This document shows positions 28,132 to 39,762 of a stretch of 64,000 nt of DNA, piece by piece. The position numbers and the translations under genes were made by a program. Position 1 is the stretch's first letter, and the number at the start of each line of letters is the position of its first letter. The stretch is from assembly GCA_026983835.1 (NCBI GenBank), contig JALSTH010000104.1, positions 3,862 through 67,861 of the forward strand, read 5' to 3'. Source of the stretch: Candidatus Zixiibacteriota bacterium. GTDB lineage: Bacteria; Zixibacteria; MSB-5A5; UM-FILTER-46-8. The notes below the pieces were generated by a model. That model saw only the letters and a list, made by a program, of their open reading frames with translations. It was not told the DNA's origin and did no database searches.

Positions 28132-28298
28132 ATGGACGGTATTTTTTATGCTCCGATAATTCTAACATATAAATTATAACAGAAATCAATACACGGAATA
28201 TTATAATTTTAAAAGTTTCTATTATCATTAATAAGTTATGATAAAACCCCTAAAAATCAAGCATATATTTATATTATCGGTAAAAACCCTAATGTAAT

Positions 28299-28568
28299 CT
28301 ATGGTTCTCGGGTATTATCACTAATTTCTTCAATGGAGTAATAATTGACACCATCTTTCTTTGGAATACTTTTTTGCGGTATATCGAGAACCGTTATCAA
28401 ATAATAACCACGGCGAAGACTAATCCCTATCTTATCATTTATTCTAATTTCTTTTCCGGGCTTGGCTCGATTATCATTTATTTTAACCTTTCCCGCATCG
28501 CATAACTGGCGCGCAATTGTCCGCCTTTTAACCAAACCAACCGTTGAAAGAAATAAATCAATTCTCAT
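28299..28568 (-). CDS. S4-domain RNA-binding protein (Hsp15/YlmH-like)
   Basis: 89 aa. [41 protein letters not shown] is a canonical S4 fold signature. Confidence 0.7.
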   Translation of the reverse strand: MRIDLFLSTVGLVKRRTIARQLCDAGKVKINDNRAKPGKEIRINDKIGISLRRGYYLITVLDIPQKSIPKKDGVNYYSIEEISDNTREP

Positions 28569-29854
28569 TAATCGATATTACGAATCTGTACGAAATATGT
28601 TTTTCGAGCCTCTCTTATCATCTCCTGAAGCTTATCGTTTGCTTTCTGACGCCTTGCCATTTCCTTGAGTTCATCCCAATCCAGCTTTAGATTTACAGGC
28701 CTTTTAGGTTGGCGGTCTAATATTTTGATTATATGAATACCGGAGCTACTCACTATAGGCGGTATTATTGTCCCCGCTTTTTTATCGCCGACAGCCTTCT
28801 TAAAATCCGAGGATAACTCATCAGCCGCATACCAGCCAAGTTCACCGCCAAAAACACGCGAATCCTCATCGTCGGAGTATTTCTTGGCTAACTCTTCAAA
28901 AGGAGTGCCGGAAACAGCCATCTGATAAATGCTGTCCGCTTTTGCCATAGCCCGAGAGGTATCGGTGGATGTTGGGATTGTGGAGATGAGAATATGACTG
29001 CATCTTATTTGCTCTCCGTCGCGATCGGTACATTTTATAATGTGATAACCGAAATCGGTCTTGACAACTTTCGAAATTTGTCCTGACACGAGGGAGTAAG
29101 CTGCTTTTTCAAATTCCGGAACCATATCGCCGCGCCCGAAAAATCCCAAATCTCCACCGCGGGTTGCGGTAGGATCATCGGAATATTCTTTGGCTAATTG
29201 AGAAAACTCAGCCCCGTTCAGCAATTCGGTATGAAGCGAATCAGCCAGTCTTTTCTTCTCATTCAGCGTTTCTTCTCCGGGTTTAATCGAAATAAGTATA
29301 TGAGCCAATTTTACGCTGGCGGGTCTTTCGGGAAGGCTATCCTTGTATGTATTATAAAAATCTTTGACTTCCTGATTATTAACCGTTGTCTGACTCAGCT
29401 CCTTATTTAAAAAACGATCCTTCAGAAGTTGATTGGCAACCTCATCTCTGTATTTTATGCGGAGATCCTTTAATGTCAATCCTTCGGCTTTTAATTGTTG
29501 CTTAAAGGATTCTTCCGAGGGAAATTTTGAGCGCACATCCTTTATATGTTTTTCCAATGCCTTGTCGATTTCATCTTTCGTAATACTTATGGTTGTGTCC
29601 TCTCGCGCAAGTGCCAAAAGTAGTTTGTCATCTACCATTTTATTCAATATTTCCATTTTTGCGCTATCTATTTCCGTTGGAGACATTTCCTTAAACGCCC
29701 TCTGAGAGGCAAGCAATTGATATTGAGATATAAACTCACTATACAAAATTATATCCGAGTCAACTACCGCGACAATTTTATCAACTGTCTTGGAATTAAC
29801 TGTCATCGAAAAACATAATATGAATATTACTATAAATAAATGTTTTTTCCACAT
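28568..29854 (-). CDS. Periplasmic peptidyl-prolyl isomerase/chaperone, SurA/PrsA-like with two parvulin domains
   Basis: Signal peptide plus a SurA N-domain. Two parvulin cores ([20 protein letters not shown]...FGYHIIK and [20 protein letters not shown]...GIHIIKI). Confidence 0.8.
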   Translation of the reverse strand: MWKKHLFIVIFILCFSMTVNSKTVDKIVAVVDSDIILYSEFISQYQLLASQRAFKEMSPTEIDSAKMEILNKMVDDKLLLALAREDTTISITKDEIDKALEKHIKDVRSKFPSEESFKQQLKAEGLTLKDLRIKYRDEVANQLLKDRFLNKELSQTTVNNQEVKDFYNTYKDSLPERPASVKLAHILISIKPGEETLNEKKRLADSLHTELLNGAEFSQLAKEYSDDPTATRGGDLGFFGRGDMVPEFEKAAYSLVSGQISKVVKTDFGYHIIKCTDRDGEQIRCSHILISTIPTSTDTSRAMAKADSIYQMAVSGTPFEELAKKYSDDEDSRVFGGELGWYAADELSSDFKKAVGDKKAGTIIPPIVSSSGIHIIKILDRQPKRPVNLKLDWDELKEMARRQKANDKLQEMIREARKTYFVQIRNID

Positions 29855-29967
29855 AAAAACTCCGAAGCCGAAATTAATTCAGCATAAAGTATCCTTTTAG
29901 GTTCGGAATATCAAGTTTAATTATTTGCCAAAGCCTAAATAACTCTGTTTGAAAAACAATATTCTCT

Positions 29968-31677
29968 CTATTGAATTATTTTACGGTTTGAAATAATCAG
30001 CGTTTCCAAGAGTTTGTAATTTATTTTTGCATTATATCGCTTTCTTAATTCTTTTAGAATATCTTCCTTGGCTTTCCTTCTTGCCTCAGCAAGTAAATCA
30101 GATCTAATATCATATTTTACATCATCAAACTTTTTGACTTTGGGCTTGACGATATTTTCCACCTTAATAATCCCGAACCCTTTGCTTGTCTTGATAGGAC
30201 CGATTATATCCCCGATTTCGGCGCTTTGCGTTTCCTTATAATATTTCGGAAATTCACCCGCTGTAATCCAACCTAAATCGCCTTTCTTTACAGCCGAATA
30301 ACGCCTTTTACTAAATTTATACGCTAATTCGCCGAAACTGCCTCCATTATTTACCATCTTCAAAACCCGTTCAGCATCATCTTTATTATCCAAAAGAATC
30401 TCTCGAACACGAGCCTTTCCCTCAACTGTATATTTGGTTTTGTTTCGATTGTATTCCCCCAAAATATCATTATCCGTTATTTTGATGTTCCCATTAATTC
30501 GAATCATCATATAATCGGAGAGCGTTTTAATATAAATAAGCCTCCATTGTAATTTGAACCTTGAATCATTATAATATCCATCCTCCTCCGCCTTTTTGTA
30601 CAACATCTTATCGAATAGCAATCTTTTTAAAAAATAGATATAGCTGCCATCATCCCCAGCTATCGGGTATAGCGCAGGTCTAAGCTTTGAAAAACCATCC
30701 AAGAACCCGGAAAAGGACAAAGTATCATCATCGAATATCACAAATGGTGTATTAAGTTCATCCTCGGTGAAATAGGAAAGCTTGAAAGGAATTACACTGT
30801 TGTTTAGGTGGGGGAGAGCTTTAAGCCTTTTTTCATAAAGGGCGATTATTTTTCTATCGATTAAAGGGTTGTATCTTTCCCATAAAGAATCGCTCAGTTC
30901 CTGAGATAATTTTGCCTCTGTGAGCTTTCGAGCCTTTACAGACAGTTTAGCATAATCCTTATTATTCGGCTTATTGCCCTTTCTAAACCCTTCAATCTTT
31001 ATTATCCAATATGAATCAGCCGCCAAAAAGGGTCGGGAATAAGTTCCCACCTTCAATGTGTCAATGACCGTTCTTACCTTTGCGGGATAGTAAACTTTGG
31101 GGACAAAGTCGGTGATGCCGTCTGTCGATTTTGAAAATAAGTCGATGGAGTAATTTATCACCAATAGCTTAAAATTCACTCCGTTCATCAAGCGCTTATA
31201 AACACTCAATGCCGTATCAGGGGGGGCATTTAGACGGATTATCGAAAGCTTTACCTCATCGCTAAAGTTTTGCTTTAAGGTATCGAGTTTGTCCTCATAA
31301 TATTTGGATTTCGAAGTTATATTGTCAATATAATATAATTGCGCTTCTAGTTTTTGGCGTTCGGTCTTAAGCCTTCTTTTAATCTTCGCCATCTTATCGA
31401 ACCCGGAGTCGATTGCAGCAAAGGCAAGCAGTTGTTTATCGATGATATTTTCTAAAATATTCTTTTTAATTTCATATTCCTGCTCCACTGATAGATAGCC
31501 GCGCGGTTTTGATTCATCAAAAATATTATTAATCAAATCCGCGCTAATAGTGCTATCGCCGACCGTCGCTAAAATGGCGCCATCTGAATCATCAAAAGAT
31601 TTACTACACCCCCAAAAACATAAAAAGAATACAGAAATTGATATGAAAACAAGAAAACTTATTTTATTACTCAACAT
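29968..31677 (-). CDS. Periplasmic chaperone with a single C-terminal parvulin PPIase domain (PpiD/SurA-like)
   Basis: N-terminal TM/signal, long chaperone-like region, and C-terminal GDLGWITAGEFPKYYKETQSAEIGDIIGPIKTSKGFGIIKV. Confidence 0.7.
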   Translation of the reverse strand: MLSNKISFLVFISISVFFLCFWGCSKSFDDSDGAILATVGDSTISADLINNIFDESKPRGYLSVEQEYEIKKNILENIIDKQLLAFAAIDSGFDKMAKIKRRLKTERQKLEAQLYYIDNITSKSKYYEDKLDTLKQNFSDEVKLSIIRLNAPPDTALSVYKRLMNGVNFKLLVINYSIDLFSKSTDGITDFVPKVYYPAKVRTVIDTLKVGTYSRPFLAADSYWIIKIEGFRKGNKPNNKDYAKLSVKARKLTEAKLSQELSDSLWERYNPLIDRKIIALYEKRLKALPHLNNSVIPFKLSYFTEDELNTPFVIFDDDTLSFSGFLDGFSKLRPALYPIAGDDGSYIYFLKRLLFDKMLYKKAEEDGYYNDSRFKLQWRLIYIKTLSDYMMIRINGNIKITDNDILGEYNRNKTKYTVEGKARVREILLDNKDDAERVLKMVNNGGSFGELAYKFSKRRYSAVKKGDLGWITAGEFPKYYKETQSAEIGDIIGPIKTSKGFGIIKVENIVKPKVKKFDDVKYDIRSDLLAEARRKAKEDILKELRKRYNAKINYKLLETLIISNRKIIQ

Positions 31678-31692
31678 AAATTGGTTGATTCC

Positions 31693-34600
31693 CTACCGAT
31701 TTACCATTTCCAAAATGTGCGGATTCGCTTCTTTTTCCACCTTCTTCATAATATCCAAAACCGCTTCCAACCCTCGCCGTTGTCTTTCACCTCCAAGCAG
31801 TATAATCATTTGGAATCTTTTTGAATGGAAAAACTCAATTCGGCTTTTTATGGATTGAACAAAACCTTCCACCATTTCCCTTGTCGGCATGGAGCTTTCA
31901 GCGAATTCTACAATTAGTTTTTCCCCGTTGAGGGTCAGGCGGGACACTCCCGAATTTTCCGAGGTTATTTTTATTTTGATCATATTGAAAAGATTTTTGA
32001 CCGATTCGGGGAAAGAACCAAACCTGTCAAGTGTTTCGCTTGATATTTCATCAATCTTTTCATAATCTCTAACCGCCGATAACCGTCTATATAATTCCAC
32101 CCGCAGATCGTTTTCATAAATATATGTTTCGGGGATATAAAGGTCACAATCGATAGTAATTTTCGTCTCTATTCCACCTTTAGGTTCTTCTCCTTTGAGT
32201 TCAGCAATAGCCTCGTCCAACAATCTACAATATAAATCGAAACCGACCTCCTCTATAAAGCCGTGCTGTTGGATCCCTAACAGATTTCCCGCACCCCGTA
32301 TTTCCAAATCCCGCATAGCCAAATGAAAACCGGAACCCAAAGCCGTAAATTCCTCCATAGCCTTCAACCTTCTCTTGGCGGTTTCGGATAAAAGATGATA
32401 TGGGGGAATTAAAAAGTAAGCGTAGGCTTGACGGTCCGACCTGCCAACCCTACCTCTTAATTGATAAAGCTGTGCCAATCCAAGTTTATCCGCCCGGTTG
32501 ATTATAATCGTATTGACAGCGGAAATATCCAATCCGGACTCGATTATTGTAGTGGAAATCAAACATTGGAAATCACCCCGCGAAAAGCGGTGCATTATCC
32601 TTTCCAATTCGCGCTCTCTCATTTGACCGTGAGCTACCGCAAAACTGACTGAAGGGAGGATTTTCTTAAGGTATCGATACATCGCCTCAATGGACTGAAC
32701 TCGATTGTGAACGAAATATACCTGTCCGTTACGATCTATTTCCCGGATTACGGCTTCGATAATGACTTTCTCCCTAAAAGGGGAGACTTCGGTAATTATC
32801 GGGCGCCTATCCTTCGGGGGGGTATTGATTATCGACATATCCTTCGCTCCCGACAAAGCTAACCGCATCGTTCTGGGAATCGGAGTCGCCGTAAGGGTTA
32901 AAACATCAACTATGGTTCTCCATCTTTTTAGTTTCTCTTTATGAGCAACCCCGAACCGCTGTTCCTCATCAATTATAAGTAATCCGATATCCTTGAATTC
33001 GACATCCTTTCCTAAAAGGCGGTGTGTCCCGATAACAATATCAACAATCCCTTCTTTAATCGCTTTGATTGTCTCCTTCTGTTTGCTTTTGCTCACAAAT
33101 CGTGATAACATCTCAATCCTGATAGGAAAAGCCGCCATACGCTTCTTGAATGTATCGTAATGCTGTTGTGCTAAAATAGTGGTGGGAGCTATAATTGCGA
33201 CCTGTTTGCCTGAATCCACAGACTTGAATGCGGCCCGTACAGCCAATTCGGTTTTTCCATAACCGACATCCCCACAGATTAACCTGTCCATCGGGAAATC
33301 GCTTTGCATATCCGATTTTATCTCTTCAAGGGCCCTTATTTGATCCGGGGTTTCCTCAAATGCGAAGCTCATCTCCAATTGCTTTTGCCAATCGCTGTCG
33401 GGTTGGTGAGAATAACCAATGGAAATTTTACGGCGGGCATATATGGATATCAATTCCTGCGCCATTTCCAAGATCGCCTTCTTGGCGCGGCGGACCGATT
33501 TCTCCCAAGTTTTTGTTCCGAGTTTAGACAACTTCGGTTTGCTATCGCTTCCCGAATATTTTTGGATACGGTTGAATTGCTCTATCGGCACATAAATCTT
33601 ATCATCATCCCTGTATTCGATATGAAGACAATCGCGCCTCCTCCCATCGACAGTCAATGAGGTTAAACCTTTATATCTTCCTATTCCAAAATCAATATGG
33701 ACAACATAATCACCCGGATTCAAACTATTATAATCGGGCAACGAAACCCCTTCCTTATATCTTTTCGGCCTTCTCCTTATGTGGTGTCCGAACAATTCGT
33801 GGTCCGTCAAAACCGCCAATTCACCGTGGGGATAAACAAATCCTTGCTCCAAACGAGCCGTAAAAAATTTTAATCTCGATCTGTCGCTATCGAAAAAATT
33901 TTCCACCCGCATAGTCTGCATATCATTATCACAAGCGATATAGACCGAATAACCATTATTAAGCAAATCATCAATTTGATTTTTCATAAAATCGATTCGC
34001 AGAGCGGATATGGTGGGCGAATATGAATTGAAATCGATATGGTTAACACCCGACATCTTAAGGGGATATATTTGGAGATTAATATTATCGGAAATTTTAT
34101 TTTTGATAACCCCATAATCGTCGATAAGATTACTTAAATCGCAAGTTGGCAAACCCAAATCAGCGGCATTGCCTTTATATTCGGATGACCGAGAAAGGAA
34201 TTCTTCAATTTTATCTTTTATCGTCTCCGGTTCGAAAAGAATTACGATCGCATCCTTCGAAATATAATCAAGCACGGATGATGTCGTCGCACCTGTTGAA
34301 GGAATAATCCATTCCAAACCGGGCATCGGATCGTTGACTAATGATTCCTTATGGAGCGCATCGATTTGATCGGATGGTAATTTTTCCAATTGCTTTACAA
34401 GTTTATCTTCCGAGATCTGGAATTCACGGCGCGGCAGAACGGTAATTTTCTTTCGATTCACCAATGACCCTTGAGTCGCCACAGAAAATTCCCTGATGGA
34501 TTCGATTTCGTCTCCGAAAAATTCTATCCTGATCGGATGTTCAGTTGTCGGCGGAAATAAATCCATTATCCCACCCCGTACCGCAAAATCTCCCACTTCT

Positions 34601-35130
34601 TCAACCATTGTAACTCTCTTATAGCCGGAGTTATGGAGAAATTTGCTTAACTTGTCCATTTCTAACTCATCCCCCTCCGTGATTTCGAGAATGGAATTGG
34701 CTAATCGGTTCGGTGGAATTGTTCTCTCGGCGATTGAAGTGGCGGAAGCAACCACAACTGAGTGATTTCGGTTTAAGTGGTAAAGAGCTTCTAATCTACA
34801 GCCGGTTGTTTCGAAATATGTAGCTTTCATTTGGAAAGGATATATTCCGCGAGCGCATAAATGGAAAATCTCATTGGGCAATAAAAAAGTTTTAAGGTCA
34901 TAATATAAGGCGGAAGCGGAGTTCTCATCGGGAGCAATGATTAACATCGGTCTCCGAATATTCTCGTAAAGAGCGCTTATTAATGCGGAAGAGAAAGAAC
35001 CCGACAATCCTGTTAATGCCCCCTGTTTGTCAATCGGATGCGATAGATAATCGCTCCCCCCCGAAATCAAGTTTATCAGGGAAATGAATTCCGAAGTTTC
35101 TATGATATGGCGTTTTATTTCATTTATCAT
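31693..35130 (-). CDS. mfd: Transcription-repair coupling factor Mfd
   Basis: 1145 aa. UvrB-homology N-terminus, RNAP-interacting domain, DEAD/DExH helicase motifs (GDVGYGKTE, DEEQRFG) and TRG motif. Confidence 0.95.
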   Translation of the reverse strand: MINEIKRHIIETSEFISLINLISGGSDYLSHPIDKQGALTGLSGSFSSALISALYENIRRPMLIIAPDENSASALYYDLKTFLLPNEIFHLCARGIYPFQMKATYFETTGCRLEALYHLNRNHSVVVASATSIAERTIPPNRLANSILEITEGDELEMDKLSKFLHNSGYKRVTMVEEVGDFAVRGGIMDLFPPTTEHPIRIEFFGDEIESIREFSVATQGSLVNRKKITVLPRREFQISEDKLVKQLEKLPSDQIDALHKESLVNDPMPGLEWIIPSTGATTSSVLDYISKDAIVILFEPETIKDKIEEFLSRSSEYKGNAADLGLPTCDLSNLIDDYGVIKNKISDNINLQIYPLKMSGVNHIDFNSYSPTISALRIDFMKNQIDDLLNNGYSVYIACDNDMQTMRVENFFDSDRSRLKFFTARLEQGFVYPHGELAVLTDHELFGHHIRRRPKRYKEGVSLPDYNSLNPGDYVVHIDFGIGRYKGLTSLTVDGRRRDCLHIEYRDDDKIYVPIEQFNRIQKYSGSDSKPKLSKLGTKTWEKSVRRAKKAILEMAQELISIYARRKISIGYSHQPDSDWQKQLEMSFAFEETPDQIRALEEIKSDMQSDFPMDRLICGDVGYGKTELAVRAAFKSVDSGKQVAIIAPTTILAQQHYDTFKKRMAAFPIRIEMLSRFVSKSKQKETIKAIKEGIVDIVIGTHRLLGKDVEFKDIGLLIIDEEQRFGVAHKEKLKRWRTIVDVLTLTATPIPRTMRLALSGAKDMSIINTPPKDRRPIITEVSPFREKVIIEAVIREIDRNGQVYFVHNRVQSIEAMYRYLKKILPSVSFAVAHGQMRERELERIMHRFSRGDFQCLISTTIIESGLDISAVNTIIINRADKLGLAQLYQLRGRVGRSDRQAYAYFLIPPYHLLSETAKRRLKAMEEFTALGSGFHLAMRDLEIRGAGNLLGIQQHGFIEEVGFDLYCRLLDEAIAELKGEEPKGGIETKITIDCDLYIPETYIYENDLRVELYRRLSAVRDYEKIDEISSETLDRFGSFPESVKNLFNMIKIKITSENSGVSRLTLNGEKLIVEFAESSMPTREMVEGFVQSIKSRIEFFHSKRFQMIILLGGERQRRGLEAVLDIMKKVEKEANPHILEMVNR

Positions 35131-35228
35131 CTTGTTAAAGCTTATTAAAACAAACTTGAAAATCCCACCTTAATTTGTATGGGGTGGGTTATTAAAAGTG
35201 TAGCTCGGTTTTTATACCGTTTGCTAAT

Positions 35229-35981
35229 TTATGTTATCGGCTTCTGCGCAAGTATAATCATTCTGCGGCTGTCAACGGAATATTGTTTCATATCAAAATC
35301 GCCGTATATGGCGGATGTCGATAAACCCGCTTTATTAATCATCGCTAACATTTCGTGCAGTGAATATAATCTTATGGAAAAATTGGAGATCTCGCGACTG
35401 TCATCTTTGCCGATATATGTTCTTTTGGTTTCCAGGCGGCTCGAAAAGAAATCAAAAATATTTTCTTCCAAAACAATATAGTCCCCATAAGTGAACCATT
35501 GTCGACGCTTGAAATTCTTTAGGATGTTTTCTCGATTAGCCAAATCAATAAGGAAATTTCCTCCCGGTTTCAATACTTTGGCAACTTCATTCAGCGCCTT
35601 CTGGTTATCGGAATCCTTTGTATAAAATCCGAAGGAAGTAAAGATATTAATCACCGCATCGAAATCGCCATCTACCTTTTTTGAAAGTTTACGCATATCA
35701 CCGAAAACGAAATCCACTTCTACACTTGATTGCTTTGCCTGTTGCTTGGCTTTTTCCAACAGGGATTCGGATATTTCAAAACCGACTACCTTATATCCCA
35801 TATTGGACAGGGGGATAGAGTGCCTCCCATAACCGCAACACAAATCCAAAAGTTTCGCTTTGGGCTTGAGACCCAATATCTCAACAATGGACATTATCTC
35901 ATTTGGGGCACGCTCGGTGATTTGCACAAATTCTTTTAAGGAGTTTTTATCCATCAATTTATTAATCGGAATGTATCTCAA
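35229..35981 (-). CDS. Class I SAM-dependent methyltransferase
   Basis: Motif I LLDLCCGYGRHSIPL, post-I VVGFEISE, and motif II/III region. Length 250 aa. Confidence 0.8.
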   Translation of the reverse strand: MRYIPINKLMDKNSLKEFVQITERAPNEIMSIVEILGLKPKAKLLDLCCGYGRHSIPLSNMGYKVVGFEISESLLEKAKQQAKQSSVEVDFVFGDMRKLSKKVDGDFDAVINIFTSFGFYTKDSDNQKALNEVAKVLKPGGNFLIDLANRENILKNFKRRQWFTYGDYIVLEENIFDFFSSRLETKRTYIGKDDSREISNFSIRLYSLHEMLAMINKAGLSTSAIYGDFDMKQYSVDSRRMIILAQKPIT

Positions 35982-36234
35982 TTTTCTAAATTAGGTTGTA
36001 TAATTTAAGCTTCTATTTTATTACAAATAAACATAGAATTATTTTAGTTTATAAATTATAGAATGGAAAGTCAAGCATTTTACGATGCCCATAACTTGAA
36101 GTAGCAATATCCTCGAAATTCTATCACATTGCCTAAAACACTTGACAATCAAGAGATATTTGCTTATGGATTTTACTTGTTTCGTTAGAACTTGTTATAC
36201 GATAAAACAATTAAGGTTAAAGGATTAATAATTC

Positions 36235-36307
<73 letters not shown>

Positions 36308-36332
36308 TAAATAATTGTAAGCGGTATTTTTT

Positions 36333-38054
36333 ATGAGATGGACAAATAGCTATATTCCTACACTTCGTGAGGACCCGGCGGAAGCGGAGTTGATTTCTCA
36401 CAAACTTTTGATGAGGGGCGGGTATATAAGGAAAGTAACAGCAGGGGTCTATAACTATCTCCCCTTAATGCAGAGGGTTCTGCTGAAAATTACGAGGATT
36501 GTGCGGGAGGAGATGGATAAGGCAGGAGCCTTGGAAATTACAATGCCGGTTCTACATCCTGCGGAGCTTTGGCAAGCTTCGGGAAGATGGGATGTCGTCG
36601 GAAAAGAGCAAATGCGCTTCAAGGATAGACATGGGAGGGATTTATGTTTGGGAGGAACTCATGAGGAAGTTATAACCGATCTCGTTAAAGGCGAGTTAAA
36701 ATCATATCGTCAATTCCCGAAGAATCTATATCAAATCCAAGTAAAATTCCGCGATGAGATAAGGCCTCGCTTCGGGTTAATCCGAGGCCGCGAATTTATA
36801 ATGAAAGATGCTTATTCCTTTGATGTTGATGAAGACGGTTTGGACAAAAGTTATAACAAAATGGTCGATGCCTACTTCAAGGTTTTCGATCGGTGCGGTT
36901 TTAATGTCCGCAAAGTCGAGGGTGACACCGGCGCAATGGGAGGTACGGGTGCTCATGAATTTATGGTTATCGTCGATACGCAAGGAGGCGAAGGCGTAAT
37001 TTATTATTGTGATAAATGCGATTATGCTGCCACCGATGAGAGAGCCGAATTCTATGAATCTTCGAACGACACCAAAATTGAACCTTTGAAGGAAAAGGAA
37101 TTGGTGCATACGCCAAACGCCAAAACGATAGCTGAAGTTACGGCATTTTTAAATACACCCTCGAAAAAACTAATTAAAACGCTTTTATATTTGGTAGATG
37201 GGGAACCTGTCGCCGCTTTAATCCGCGGCGATAGAATGATAAATGAAATAAAGCTCAAAAATTATTTGAAGGCTAATGAGTTGGAATTGGCAGATGCCGA
37301 TACCATTATGCGATTGACAGGTGCGGAAGTTGGATTTACCGGTCCCTGCGGACTAAAAAATATAAGATTGGTGGTGGATACGGAAATTTATGGGATGCGC
37401 AACTTCATTACGGGCGCCAATAAAACTAATTATCATTTCATAAATGTAAATCACCCCCGTGACTTTACATTCGAGGATATAATTGATATTAAGATGGCTG
37501 AGGAAGGGGAGAGGTGCCCAAGATGCAAGCAGGGAATATTAAAGTCGGACAGGGGAATAGAAGTCGGAAATACATTTAAGCTCGGTACTAAATACTCTCA
37601 AGCTATTGGGGCGAAGTTTATCGATAAGGATGGGAAGGAAAAGCCGATCGTTATGGGTTCTTATGGGATAGGGATTACTCGCACCGCTCAAGCGGCGGTG
37701 GAAAGATTCCACGATAAGAACGGTATAATTTGGCCGAAACCTATTGCGCCTTATGGGATTCATATCATATATACCAATTCTTCGGATAAAAATCAGGTCG
37801 AAACCGCTTTCGATATCTACAATGAATTAAAGGAGAAAGGTATAGAGGTTTTAATCGATGATAGGGATGAGCGTGCGGGCGTTAAATTTAAGGATGCGGA
37901 TCTAATCGGCATCCCGTTGAGGATAGTGGTAGGGGAGAGGGGACTCAAAGATAAGACCGCCGAAATAAAAATTAGGAAATCGGGGGAGAATATCAAGATT
38001 CCGCTTGCTGAAATCGTGCCTAATGCTTTAAAAATATACGAGGAGATTTGTTGA
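36333..38054 (+). CDS. proS: Prolyl-tRNA synthetase (bacterial type with INS editing domain)
   Basis: Class II motifs, insertion/editing domain and anticodon-binding domain. Length 573 aa. The N-terminus MRWTNSYIPTLREDPAEAE is typical of ProS. Confidence 0.95.
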   Translation: MRWTNSYIPTLREDPAEAELISHKLLMRGGYIRKVTAGVYNYLPLMQRVLLKITRIVREEMDKAGALEITMPVLHPAELWQASGRWDVVGKEQMRFKDRHGRDLCLGGTHEEVITDLVKGELKSYRQFPKNLYQIQVKFRDEIRPRFGLIRGREFIMKDAYSFDVDEDGLDKSYNKMVDAYFKVFDRCGFNVRKVEGDTGAMGGTGAHEFMVIVDTQGGEGVIYYCDKCDYAATDERAEFYESSNDTKIEPLKEKELVHTPNAKTIAEVTAFLNTPSKKLIKTLLYLVDGEPVAALIRGDRMINEIKLKNYLKANELELADADTIMRLTGAEVGFTGPCGLKNIRLVVDTEIYGMRNFITGANKTNYHFINVNHPRDFTFEDIIDIKMAEEGERCPRCKQGILKSDRGIEVGNTFKLGTKYSQAIGAKFIDKDGKEKPIVMGSYGIGITRTAQAAVERFHDKNGIIWPKPIAPYGIHIIYTNSSDKNQVETAFDIYNELKEKGIEVLIDDRDERAGVKFKDADLIGIPLRIVVGERGLKDKTAEIKIRKSGENIKIPLAEIVPNALKIYEEIC

Positions 38055-38206
38055 TTTTAATATCAGGTTTTTAAAAATAAAACTTGCAAAAAAATATCGC
38101 TAATGATAAATTCAAAATTGTTGTGTTTTTTACGCAACCGTAAGGAAAATACTTTTTGAGACGAGATGGGAGCGAAGATTAAAGAATTAATTCAAGGAGA
38201 TATATT

Positions 38207-39658
38207 GTGATGAGATTTTTGCGATTGATTATTTTAACCGCTGTAGTTTTATCAGTTCCTTCTTTACTTTGGGCGCAATGGTTTTGGCAGCAGCCAATGT
38301 TTGACCCAACGGGTATTAACCTTAATTTACATGGAACATCCACCAGAGCTCGCGGTATGGGTAATGCTTATTTGGCGATCTCCGATGATGTCGGCGGGGC
38401 AACATGGAATCCTGCCGGTGCCGCTTATTTGGAGAATGGAGAAGGTGTCGTTGAATTTCTTTCCAATGCATCTGATTACGATAATAACATAGGCAGGAAT
38501 TATAGTTTTAAATACAACACCAACGATAATATTTTCAGCAGTTTCGGCTACTTATCGCCCTTGAGGTTTTATAATCGCGACTATACGGTCGGAATAAATT
38601 ATTATAGATTATTCGATTTCAGCAGGGATTACGATGTAAATGTTCCCGATCGAAGGGAAAAATATTACAATAAATTTGGAGTCGAGGTCGTAAAACTTAC
38701 CGCCGCCACGAAAATTCTGCCAAATGTTTCCTTCGGCATAAATGGAAACATTTATATCCGCGGTTTTTCTGAAGATTACATCCAACATAACCCTCCTTTT
38801 TATTGGATTATCGGGAATGACACCACTTTTGTGCCATACCATTATCATAGCGGTACTTCTTTCAGGGGTATTAATTTTGATTTTGGTTTACAGGGACGCT
38901 TTGGTGGATTAAATATTGGGGCGGTTGTTTCAACCCCGTTTAAACTTAGACAAGAAAGTACTATAAAAAATACTGTAGTCGTCCCAGATTATGGGGAACA
39001 AGGTAATATAATAACTCAATCTTTTATGAAATATGATTTCCCGTTTGGTTATAGCGGAGGGGCATCTTATACTTTGAATAAACTGACCTTATCGGCGGAT
39101 ATTTCCTATTACCAATTCTCGAAATCTCGAAATTCAATGAATCCCTACTTCGCCGATGCTTTTTATCCCTATTCTTGGGACCCCTCGGTTCCCAATGAGG
39201 ATTACAATCCTTACTGGGCTGATATAATGCAGTATCGATTTGGAGCGGAGTATTTAATCGATGTAAGCAATTTGACCATCCCTATCAGAGCAGGTTATCG
39301 CAACGATCCCAAAATATACAGCGATGGAGATCAATTTTATGCAAGTGTTAGCAACAACCCTCTCCTGCCTCTTCCGCCGGGGACAATAACTCCTTATGGA
39401 GGAACGGAGTTTAATACTGATAATCAAGTGGTGGGATATGTAGTTTCGTTCGGTTCCGGTTTGAAATATAAAATCTACCGCCTTGATGTGGCTTATGAAT
39501 ATGGTCATGCCGAAAGAAATGTGCGAAATGTGGTTGTTGCTTTGGATGACATAGATAATGACTACAACCCGGTTTGGGGAGACAAACTATCCGATTACAC
39601 GCGGAAAATCAATGAGAATTTAAGCAAGCTATATATTTCGCTGACGGTGCAATTTTAA
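38207..39658 (+). CDS. FadL/TodX-family outer-membrane beta-barrel protein; in the T9SS context it could be a PorV-type shuttle
   Basis: Signal peptide ending LLWA. N-terminal family motif RARGMGNAYLAISDDVGGATWNPAG (compare FadL [24 protein letters not shown]). Beta-strand-rich throughout, with C-terminal aromatic residues. Confidence 0.6.
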   Translation: MMRFLRLIILTAVVLSVPSLLWAQWFWQQPMFDPTGINLNLHGTSTRARGMGNAYLAISDDVGGATWNPAGAAYLENGEGVVEFLSNASDYDNNIGRNYSFKYNTNDNIFSSFGYLSPLRFYNRDYTVGINYYRLFDFSRDYDVNVPDRREKYYNKFGVEVVKLTAATKILPNVSFGINGNIYIRGFSEDYIQHNPPFYWIIGNDTTFVPYHYHSGTSFRGINFDFGLQGRFGGLNIGAVVSTPFKLRQESTIKNTVVVPDYGEQGNIITQSFMKYDFPFGYSGGASYTLNKLTLSADISYYQFSKSRNSMNPYFADAFYPYSWDPSVPNEDYNPYWADIMQYRFGAEYLIDVSNLTIPIRAGYRNDPKIYSDGDQFYASVSNNPLLPLPPGTITPYGGTEFNTDNQVVGYVVSFGSGLKYKIYRLDVAYEYGHAERNVRNVVVALDDIDNDYNPVWGDKLSDYTRKINENLSKLYISLTVQF

Positions 39659-39689
39659 CTTGAAATAATACCGACAATGTATTATTTAT

Positions 39690-39720
39690 GAGGCGGAACT
39701 GATGTTTCGCCTCTTTTAAT
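39690..39720 (+). terminator. Candidate rho-independent terminator (6-bp GC stem, 12-nt loop, U-tract)
   Basis: GAGGCG gaactgatgttt CGCCTC TTTTAAT, 32 nt after the stop of the FadL-like gene. Confidence 0.4.
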
Positions 39721-39762
39721 GGGCTTAATTTAATGAAAAAGAAGGGAGAATTAAAAAAATAA

